Assembly (NCBI GenBank): GCA_016748015.1
Contig: JAAOMT010000786.1
Coordinates: 747,814 to 811,813 of the forward strand
Direction: 5' to 3'
DNA: 64,000 nt
DNA from: Geosiphon pyriformis uo1
Lineage: Eukaryota > Fungi > Glomeromycota
The notes beneath the pieces were generated by a model. It was not told where the DNA came from and ran no database searches. It saw nothing but the letters and a program-made list of their open reading frames with translations. The stretch's first letter is position 1, and each line of letters begins with the position of its first letter. A program made the position numbers and the translations under genes. Shown here one piece after another: positions 1 through 10,244 of the stretch.

Positions 1-563
1 TCTGGAACAAAGATACAAAACAATGGTTAATTCACATAAATTCCACACAGTTCGAGCACATAAATTCATGATTTTGATTTTTTAATAATGAATTTATTTC
101 AGAAGATGAATATGGAATATAATAAATGAGGAGAGGGTATAAATATTTGTTTTTTTTCTAGTGGTTCGTATCTATCTGTCTGTCCTTTTTTTCTATTTTC
201 TACAACTACTTGCTTTTATACATTCTTTTGGTTTTACAGGATTGTTTCTGATTGTTTTGTTATTGCTAACTATTGCTTTTGTTATTTCTGTTATTGCTTC
301 ATTTTTCTATGTTATTACTAGTTATTCTATATTATAACATGTTACCTGGTATTATTACATGTTATTTTGTGTTATCCTATGTTATAACACATTATCTGGT
401 ATTATTATATGTTATTCTGTGTTATCCTACATTATAACGCATTATTCTGTGCTATCCTAAGTTATAATGTATTATCCAACATTATTGTGCACTATTCTGT
501 GTTATGTCATGTTCTGGTCACATTTTTTCCTAACTTTGAATCAGTTTTTCTACTTGGGTAACA
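1..563 (-). repeat. 3' LTR of element A (partial; about 510 bp lies outside the window)
   Basis: Aligns to 18637-19229; ends GTAACA (minus strand TGTTAC) next to the PPT; internal ~49-bp tandem repeats at ~320-490. Confidence 0.92.
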
Positions 564-580
564 TTATTCCTCTCTTTTTA
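564..580 (-). other. Polypurine tract of element A
   Basis: Minus strand AAAAAGAGAGGAATAA immediately before TGTTAC of the 3' LTR. Confidence 0.85.
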
Positions 581-1450
581 GTATTGAGCTCCTGCAAAAT
601 CATATGTATCTGTTTCTATGTCTTCGTTCATGTAATGTTTGATGGTTGCATTGAGTATTGTTTTTTGTAGGTCTTCAAACTGTCAATTGGTAATTTGTCC
701 TATGTTGTTAACTGTTATCATCTTTATAGATCTATACAACAGTATGTTTGGACAATATTGGAAAGTGGCATATAATTAGTATACTGCTTTGTAATATAGA
801 ATTAAGTTGCTTCTTCCTACAAATTTTTCTATTTGTTGTATTGCTTCTTTGTTGAAAGTTTTCTGGCTGAGATCTCCATATGGTGTCTTCAAATTTAGTT
901 GTTTACCAATTTTGTAGAACCAATATGCTGGAGGAAGTCTTTCTTTTTATTCCTGGATGTTGTCAGGCGTTTACTCTTCTGTTTTAGGGAGTTCAGTTCC
1001 ACAAGCTAAAGCTTTTTTTATTTCTTCAAGCTCAGAGACCAAGTATTTTCTTTTATAAAATAATTCTTGTTCCTCCATGTTTTTTTCAAGCCCTGTTTGA
1101 AACGAATTAATTCTTTTTTGTAAAAATTTTTTCTCGGGCAGAATGTAGGGATGAAAACAGTTAGTTCTAGTTGAATTTTTGCCCATCTCTTTTTTCTTTT
1201 TATCTCTATATCTTATCTTTTTTCTATTAATTATAATTTCTATGTAAGATGTCGATTTTTGAATTGTTTCAAATAATTGTTTAGATAATTTTAAAATTTG
1301 ATTTGGAAGGTCTATGTTAAAATTTCTATTGTTTCTTGCTGCTTTTCAGATGCTATATATATTTGAATTCTCCAATTTAATTTGCTGTATGTTGTCTATG
1401 TTTTGATAACGATGATTGGTTTCAGATCTTGTGGTATATCTTCTGGTGTG
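578..1450 (-). pseudogene. Decayed extra ORF (ORF3) of element A, homolog of B ORF 7908-8585
   Basis: Minus translation YWFYKIGKQLNLKTPYGDLSQKTFNKEAIQQIEKFV...ITVNNIGQITN*QFEDLQ...YDFAGAQY* aligns with B YCYYQLGKHLNIQTLYSKDSTRVFDKTTIQLLEPFI...ITTNSIERLTNSQFQELQ...FDFDGAQS*. The 5' limit is approximate. Confidence 0.8.
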
Positions 1451-1499
1451 ATTAATGAAATTTGTGTTCCTAGTTGAGGTATTGATGATGATAATTCTT

Positions 1500-4400
1500 G
1501 TTTTGCATGATAAATTTTTAACTGATTTCTATGCGCTACTTTCTTTAAAATCCTGTCTTCCAATTGTAATTTGTAAGCTCTATTTCCTAATGTTTTATGT
1601 ATGTGGAATAGATCATCCCACTTTGGGTCAAACTTTCCACTTCACTGTTTCTCAGCTTTTGTATGATGTAACAATACTTGGTCTCCAATCTTGAATTCCA
1701 TTAGTTGTTCTGATAGGCATTTATTATGTCTTTCTTTTTGTTGTTCTTGAGCATGACTAATATTGTCAGCTGCTGTTTTTCAATTGTTTTTCAATGTTTC
1801 CATTAGCTGGTACATTCTTTGGTATAAAGTAGCTTCAAAATTCTCTTCATTGATTGTTTCTGTTGGATATGACAGTATTACTCATTCAATTAGTAACATA
1901 GCTTTTCTTCCATAGACTAGTTCAAACAGTGTAAACTAAGTTATATTTTGTTTCAATATTTGGTATGTTAAGAGTACAGAAGGTATGAATAAGTCTCATT
2001 CTTGTCTGTTTTCATGACTTATTTTTGCTAGTGCTTTGCACAGTGTTCTGTTAAATTGTTCTACCAGTCCATTCATTTGTAAGTGATATGGTAATAACAA
2101 AAGTCTCTTTATTTCAAATCATTGGCTTAGTTTAGTTAGCATATTATTAATGAAGTGTGTTCCCTGATTAAATAATAATTCTTTTGGGCATCTATGCCAA
2201 CAAATTAAGTTTTAATGCACAAATTCAGCTACTGTTTTGGCATCAGCCACTTGGATTGCTCTGGCTTTTGGCCATTTTGTAAGATAGTCTATGGCTACAG
2301 CAATATAGCAATTTTCTTAGAATGTAATCGAAAGAGGTTTAACCAAATCGATCCCAATTCTATCAAATGGATTTCCAACTGGAATGGGTCAAAGTAGTTC
2401 TGTTGATCTTGCTCTTTCTCTTTACTGGCATGCATCACAATTGAGCATGTATTCGAAAATGTCTTTGTATATTGTTGGCCAATAATATAAATTTAGTATT
2501 CTTTTAAGGGTAGCATCCTTGTTAAAGTGTTCTGTGGTTGGATCAGAATGCATATTATGTAATATAATTTCTTTTTCACTGTTTTTTATAACTTGTTGTA
2601 AGGTGGGGCAGTTTCAACGTTCTTGTTGATATAGTTGGTTGTCTTGAATAAAATAATTTCGAGCTTGTTTTCATATGGTACTTTATTCCTGTTGAGATAA
2701 TATCTCCTTGAAACGTAGTGTCAATAGATACTAATGTAGTTGTTGATAAGTAAGTGTATCCATGGGTCTGAGATTAAGTTTGTGGCATTCTCGACAAACT
2801 GTCAGCATTGGTGTTCTTGGATCCTTTCTTGTAATAGACTTTGAGAGGGAATTGTTGCAGATAAATACTCCATCTTGCATATTTTTTTTCTAATTGTGGA
2901 TTGTTGAGTAACCAAATAAGTCCTTTGTGGTTGGTATATAAATCAAATAGTTGACTGAAATAATGTTTTCAAGTCTTTATGACCCAATAAATGGCGAGAC
3001 ATTCCAGATCTGTTGTGTTGTAATTTTTTTCTATTGGGCTTGTGCTGCAACTAGTGTAGGCAATTAGATGTTCTCTATTGTCCAGTTCTATCTGTAACAA
3101 GACCACTCCTAGAGCATTTTTCGAGGTGTCCATAATAACAATGAACCATTTAGTGAAATCTGGATAAATTAAGATGGAAGATGTGATCAAATACTGCTTG
3201 AGATAGTTGAATGCTTTCTGTTGATCTTCTTTCCACAAATATGGTATGTATTTGGACAACAAATGATGGAGTGGTTTTGTGATGTTCAAAAAATCTTTGA
3301 CAAATTGACAATAATATCCTGCCAATCCTAGAAATTCTTGTAATTCTCTGAAGTTAATTGGGGCTAGAAAATTCTTGACTTTTTGGACTTTATCTGGGTC
3401 GGGTTTGACTTTATTTTTGCCAATTACATGTCCTAGAAACTTTAATTCAGTTTTTCTAAAAAAGCATTTATTGGGGTTGAGTTTTAATTCAGCACTATGA
3501 AGACATTTGAAGACTTGTTGCAGATGGAACAAATAATCATCAAACATTTCAGAAAAGACATTGGTGTTGTCTAAATATACTATGACTGATTTCCACAGGA
3601 TTCTTTTGTATACAATATCCATGAAGCATTGGAACGTGGCGGGAGTATTACAAAGTTCAAAAGGCATTATGTTAAACTCGAAGTTTCTATCTCAAGTAGT
3701 AAACACTATTTTTTCTTTGTTTTTGGAATTTATTTCAACTTGTCAGTAACCACTTGTTAAATCTAATAATAAGAACCATTTCTTTTTTTCTAAATTGTCC
3801 AGAATTTTTTAGATGAAGAGTATGGGATAACTATCTTCTCGCGTAATGCTATTTAGTTTTCGGTAATCTACACAGAATTGCACCTTTTCATTTTTCTTGG
3901 TGACCAAGACTACTGGAGAGAACCAAAAGCTTAATGATTTTTTGATTAAGCCATTATCAAGTATTTATTAGACTTCTTGTTTGATAAGATTGTTACCAGA
4001 TAGGAGTACTCGGTAAGCTTGTTGTTTAATAGATCGAGGATCTTTTATATCAATCTGATGCTTTATGATGTCGGTGTGTTCAAACTCATTTTTGCTGGCA
4101 AAGATATTGGCATACTGATTCAGAAAGACCTTGAATTGTATTTGTTGCAGGGTATTTAAGTTTCTTAAATTCAATTTATTGATCTCCTCTGGTGTGAACA
4201 AGTAACTTTCTTTTGGCAAATTTCATATTTGTGAGGTGATATTACAAAATAAGAATAGCTGTGCAAAATCTGGAATGGACTGGAGTTTTTCAAGATATTG
4301 AATGTCTGATGAGATGGAACCAATGAGGATTCCTTCGGGGATTTTAATTACATCTTCTATAAGATTGTGAATGGGGATTTTGAAATGTTTATGGGCTTTG

Positions 4401-6450
4401 ACCAGCAGGTATAAGTTAGCAACATTGGCTAGAGAACAGATTTCAGAATCGGCTTCAAATAACAGGACTTGATCTTGGATTTTTTGATTTACCTTGAGGA
4501 GGTATTGTCAGTAAGGGGGAATGGAGATAACAGTGTCGGTGTAGATAAGTTCTACTTAATCACTGTCTTCTTCTGTGAAGTTAATTGGTACATTTTCTCT
4601 TCCACTTGATCCAAACTCATTGATTTTTTGGACAGTAAGGCCTAATTCTTCTTGGGTTGTTACCAGGATTAATTGTGATATTTTGATTAGGAGTAAAAAG
4701 ATAACTTGGGCAATTTTTTCTTGTAATTCTATTTTGTAAGGTCTGTTCAAATTGTTCTGTAGCATTATGATAATGTTTCCCATGTAACTAGCATCAATGA
4801 TTCCTCCTTTTACGTCAATTTTTTTCTTGGCTAGACTAGATTGAGAGGCAACTTGTATCATTGTACTAACAGAAATTTTTAATGCTATCTTAAGATCTAT
4901 TTTTACAAGGGAATATAGGGCTATAATAATGAGTAATTGTCTGACATATTATAAGTCAAAACCAGCATTGGTGTCATGTGCTCTTTTGGAGCAGATTTTT
5001 TCTTCATTGTTACTGTACCATTTTAGCTCTAGTTCTTTGGATAGGTTGGAATATGCAAGATACTGTTCTGTTTTGGTATTTTCAGTTGGATCTTGAAACA
5101 ACATGTTCTTGATGGTCAATTCCTCTTCTTCCTTAAGCTCAGGTAGTTCGGTGATCAGAAATAGTATTCTTGGAGGTGAATTGAACATAAGATTACATTT
5201 GTTACAGTACTGGAAATGACAAGAGATTAAACAATGATCGCACAGTTTGGTATTTAAGTCAGCTAGTCTCTGTTCCTGTTTTTCTCGAATCAGGGCCAAT
5301 TCTTGGTAACAGTCTTAAAATGTGTTTGGGTCATCCATGAAAAAATCTCCAATAAAATAATTGGGTCCATCATATTTGGGTACAAATAAATTTTCTTTGA
5401 TTTCTCATATTTTACTAAGTGTGGCACCTCCGGCTTTGACACTGGCCATTCTCCATATTTTATGCTCATTGTGCAGGTAACCATCCAAGTGATTGAGTGC
5501 TTGTTTTTAGACGTTCTCAATCGGGGTTTTCTTTTGTATTCAATCATTGATCAAGATAGTATATTGACACACTTTGTCACATGTCTCTCCTCTGCCAGGT
5601 ACATCATTCCAGAATCTTTCATTTAATAGGATCTCGCCACAGGCAAGGCATGGTGTACTGTCCCATTTGCCTTGTCATTTCAGTTTTCCGAATCTTTTCA
5701 TTATGCATGGTCTGCAATAGTATTTTGTGGTGGTTGGCCATTCTTTATTATCTCCTATACATGCACCCATGGAGGATAACTTTTTCCCACAGTTGACACA
5801 GTTTAATTTTGGGGTTTGATATTATTGACTTCTTTGACTTGGGGCAGAATAGTCTGCAGGTGCTAATTGTAGTTCTTCTTCTGCTTTTCTCTTTCCTTTT
5901 TCTTCCCAAGTTGGTGGTGGGGGTAACTTTGTTTAGAAATTGTCCATCTATGAAACTTGATAGATTTTTATAGTTGGTGGTGGTGTTGTGTTTTCAAATT
6001 CAATTAGCAGTTCCTTTGAGCTTTGGACTTAAAAGTGTCCACATATAGCTAGGACTCAAGCATGTCATCCATTAAAAGTGATCTGTAATTTCTGTGTGTT
6101 TCAGTCCAAAGTGGCATGGGCTTTGGCCAACCAGTTGTTTCTGATAAGAGCTTAATATTGTGTGGCTTCCATGACCAGGACTTTAGTAAGAATTTGGATT
6201 TTATTAATCTCAAAAAGAAAATTATCAATTTCTCCAATGGGAGTCTTGGTATTGCCATCTGCAGTAATAATTCAGGCAGTTGTGGCACGATCTACTCAGT
6301 GACCTAATGAATCCATGAGTTGTTTCATTATTATACTGCCTGCTAAACTGCTGTCTAAAATTAACTTAATATCTATGTTTCTAACTCTAATATCAATATA
6401 CAGAGCCGTGATTGGTTTATCCTGATTAATGGCGGCTTCACTGAAAAGGC
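1500..6450 (-). pseudogene. Decayed PR-dUTPase-RT-RNaseH and integrase of element A
   Basis: Fragments RAHDTNAGFDL, GGIIDASYMGN, MPFELCNTPATFQ, VYLDN, NADSLSRM, integrase core and GPY/F-like module; many in-frame stops. Confidence 0.9.
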
Positions 6451-7155
6451 TAGTGGTGTTCAGGTGGTCAATATCAAAGGGGAATATGATAGCAAGGGTA
6501 GTGTCTTTGGTAATAATGACAGGTAGAATAGTATTGTTGATTTGATTTTGTCTTGAAGAGTTGGGAGTTTCTTTTATATCCTTTCCTTCTAAAGATATAG
6601 AACTATAAAAATCCTGATTTTCAGTGAGACCAAGATATGAGACTTGGTTAGAGTATCTGGTTGGTGCTGGTCGAAATGGGGCATTACTACAATTTAGGAA
6701 TTGTGATGGTACACTGTTAGTTGGTCTCTGATTGTTGCTGGGGTTCCTCTATTCTTGGTTGTAATCAATTGTACAATGTTTAAGTTGGTTATTAATAGGA
6801 TTTTGGTACTGGGGTGCTGCTTAAGCCATTGGCTGTGAAGACTGGTAGTAGGTCTGAGGCAGTTGCTGGGTATACTATATTTGTTGTGAGTATTAAGGTA
6901 ATTGATATTAAGACATGGGGTATTGAAATACTATGTTTTAAGGATATCTTGGGTGCTAATATTGATTTCCTTAAATTTGGTTCATTATTTTTTTATGACA
7001 GTTCCGGATGATATGTCCAGGTTTCTAGCAATAGTAATAATTGTGGGGATCAGATCTCTAAGGTTGTTGTTGTTACTGGTAATTCTGTTGTTGTTAGTAT
7101 CTGATGTTATTACTATTCTTTCGTTGTAGTAGTTGGTAGGGTCCTACAGTACTGG

Positions 7156-7894
7156 TGTTATGGGATGGTTTTCTTGTTATATTTAATTGCTGATATCCCG
7201 CTTTAATTGCAATCAGTCTTTCGTGAGTTCCTCAATTCTATTTGTGTGATAATGTCACTGTTATACTGAAGGCTTTCTTTTTACTGTTGTGATGTAAGTT
7301 ATTCTTTAATTCTTGATTGTTGTGTGTGTTTATGTACTCCTTCTCANNNNNNNNNNNNNNNNNNNNGTAACAACGTGAATAATCTTGATCAAGGATTATT
7401 CTTCCAAGGGATTCAGTTGATGAATGATAGTTTCATTCAATAAATAATACAAGTAAGTTTCTTAATACTTTGGGTTGTGATAGTTCAGTTTTAAATATTC
7501 TTTTTCATTTCTTTTTGATTTTAAAGGTTTCTTGGGATATTTAATTTGAAAGTATGATTTAAAGTGGAATTTGTTGGATAAAATTGGATCTATTGCTTGA
7601 TAAGTTATGATTTTTATTACTTGATTGATTCTTTCCCAATATTAAAACTACTGTATATATACATGTTTGTAGTTCTACGAGAAAATACTTTCTTTTTGAT
7701 ATTTCAACCTGGTGCTTGCTGCTATCACCAGTTGGTGTTGGCTGCTATTGTGAACTGGTGCTTGCCACTATCACGAGATGGTGTTTGCTACTATGTTAAT
7801 TATTACCTTTCTAAGATTATTACTGTGCTATATTATGATTGAATAGTTTGTATTATTTTTATGATTCTTTTTGCTAAATTTTTAAACCGTAACA
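7156..7894 (-). repeat. 3' LTR of element B (contains a 20-N gap)
   Basis: TGTTA...TAACA termini; ~7596-7894 nearly identical to 16345-16643; PPT GAAAGGAGGGGATAA (minus) at 7895-7909. Confidence 0.88.
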
Positions 7895-7907
7895 TTATCC
7901 CCTCCTT

Positions 7908-8585
7908 TCAAGATTGAGCTCCGTCGAAATCGAAGTTAATTTCTTCATTAAATTCTAAGTTACTATAATGGTTCAATACTGTGTTATTAATTTGTTGTTG
8001 TAATTCTTGAAATTGCGAGTTGGTAAGTCGTTCAATACTGTTGGTTGTTATTATGTTCATGGTTGGGTCCAACAATAATTTGTGACAGTTTTCAAATGCT
8101 TTGAAAATTCTGTAAACTGTTTTTGAATGGAATGTAGTATTGGTTTTTCTAATGAAAGGTTCTAATAGTTGGATAGTTGTTTTGTCAAACACTCTAGTTG
8201 AGTCTTTTGAGTATAATGTTTGTATGTTCAAGTGCTTTCCTAGTTGATAATAACAGTAATTAATTGGGAATTTCGTTTTCAAGTTGCTAAATGTGTCTGG
8301 TGTTAATTCACTTATTTCTATTTTTTCCATTATTAATGTATTGCCCAATGCTATCTCTAATTTTTCAATAACTTTGCTAATAAATTTGGTGTTATATTTG
8401 GCAATATTATATGGTTCGAAATTATGTTCTTTTCTTGTTTTTGGATTTTCTATTGTTCTTTTGATGTATGTTATTTTGGAGCTATTAATTGTGATTTCTA
8501 GATCGGATTTTAATTGTTGTAAGCTTTCAACTAATTGTTGAGTTATATTGTTGATGTTTTCTGGAATAAGTATCATTGTTTTAAT
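7908..8585 (-). CDS. Extra ORF (ORF3) of element B, unknown function; 5' end may lie in the gap
   Basis: About 225 open codons between integrase and PPT; stop overlaps the PPT; homolog in A; no obvious TM segment. Confidence 0.8.
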   Translation of the reverse strand: MKTMILIPENINNITQQLVESLQQLKSDLEITINSSKITYIKRTIENPKTRKEHNFEPYNIAKYNTKFISKVIEKLEIALGNTLIMEKIEISELTPDTFSNLKTKFPINYCYYQLGKHLNIQTLYSKDSTRVFDKTTIQLLEPFIRKTNTTFHSKTVYRIFKAFENCHKLLLDPTMNIITTNSIERLTNSQFQELQQQINNTVLNHYSNLEFNEEINFDFDGAQS

Positions 8586-9162
8586 NNNNNNNNNNNNNNN
8601 NNNNNNNNNNNNNNNNNNNNNNNNNNNNNNNNNNNNNNNNNNNNNNNNNNNNNNNNNNNNNNNNNNNNNNNNNNNNNNNNNNNNNNNNNNNNNNNNNNNN
8701 NNNNNNNNNNNNNNNNNNNNNNNNNNNNNNNNNNNNNNNNNNNNNNNNNNNNNNNNNNNNNNNNNNNNNNNNNNNNNNNNNNNNNNNNNNNNNNNNNNNN
8801 NNNNNNNNNNNNNNNNNNNNNNNNNNNNNNNNNNNNNNNNNNNNNNNNNNNNNNNNNNNNNNNNNNNNNNNNNNNNNNNNNNNNNNNNNNNNNNNNNNNN
8901 NNNNNNNNNNNNNNNNNNNNNNNNNNNNNNNNNNNNNNNNNNNNNNNNNNNNNNNNNNNNNNNNNNNNNNNNNNNNNNNNNNNNNNNNNNNNNNNNNNNN
9001 NNNNNNNNNNNNNNNNNNNNNNNNNNNNNNNNNNNNNNNNNNNNNNNNNNNNNNNNNNNNNNNNNNNNNNNNNNNNNNNNNNNNNNNNNNNNNNNNNNNN
9101 NNNNNNNNNNNNNNNNNNNNNNNNNNNNNNNNNNNNNNNNNNNNNNNNNNNNNNNNNNNNNN

Positions 9163-10215
9163 TGGTAACTGGTTATCATGTCTCACTTTTTGTTGTTCTT
9201 GTAATTGTTCAATATTTTGTGCTGCTTTTCTTCTTTTGTTTTCTAAAGTTCCCATTAATTTGTATGTTCTTCTAAGTAGTGTTTCCTGGAATGTTGCTTC
9301 CGTGATAGTGTCACTCGGATAAGTTGGAATAGTAAGTTCAACGGGTAATGTGGCTTTTCTTCCATAAACTAGTTCGAACGGTGTGAATTGTGTAGTATCT
9401 TGTTTTACTGTTCTATATGCTAGTAGTACTGCTGGTATGAACAAATCCCATTCTTTTTCATGTTCGTTACTAATTTTCGCCAGTGATTCGCATAATGTGC
9501 GATTAAATCTTTCAACTAATCCATTTGTTTGAGGGTGGTATGGTAATGACAGTGGTCGCTTGATTCCAAATTTTTGGCTAAGTTCTTTTAAGGTGCTGTT
9601 TATGAAGTGTGTGCCTTGATCTGATAGCAATTCTTGTGGACATCCATGTCGGCAAATTAAGTCTTCATGTACGAATTGAGCTACGGAAATAGCATCAGCT
9701 GTTTTAATAGCTCTAGCTTCTGGCCATTTGGTGAGATAGTCCATGGCTACTGCAATATAATGGTTGTTTCTTGTTGTTATTGGTAAGGGTCCAACTAAAT
9801 CAATTCCGATTCTGTCAAATGACTGTCCAACTTTTATTGGTCTTAATAATTCCGTTGTTTTTGCTCCTCCTTTTCGTTGGCATGGGTCACAATTTCTTAT
9901 GTATTGGATTATGTCTGAGCTCATTTTTGGCCAATAGTAACGGCTAGTTGCATGTTGGATGGTTGCTGTTTTTCCAAAGTGGCCTGAATGAATATCTGAG
10001 TGCATGTTAAATAAGATAGTTTCTTTTTCATCCGTGGTTATAACTCTTAATGGATTATCTGGATTTTGTCGATTCCGGTAATAAAGTATGTGATTTTGGA
10101 TGAAATAGTGTTTTGCTAATTTTTGGAGCTTATTTAGCTTTTTTACTGGCATTTCTTTGTCTATTTGTAGTGTTTCCAAGTATTGGCTGAGGTTTTTGTA
10201 AAGGTGGTTGTTCAT
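9163..10215 (-). CDS. Retrotransposon integrase (HHCC zinc finger plus DDE core), separate ORF, C-terminus in gap
   Basis: MHSDIHSGHFG...CDPCQ, GIDLVGPL, LSDQGTHF, HPQTNGLVERFNRTL. Confidence 0.95.
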
Positions 10216-10244
10216 TGTTGTTGTGGCGGGTGGGTTGGTGATTT

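Noticed and set aside
320-490. Repeat arrays resembling CRISPR (also 18950-19140, 20880-20990, 45371-45612)
   Set aside because: No unique spacers and no cas genes; these are LTR-internal or simple tandem repeats in a eukaryote.
7597-7842. Short hydrophobic ORFs in LTRs and antisense to genes (e.g. 467-670, 16211-16591, 52336-52770)
   Set aside because: They lie within LTRs or opposite real CDSs and have no motifs.
7908-8585. env gene call for the extra ORF
   Set aside because: No TM anchor, fusion peptide or cleavage motif in the visible part.
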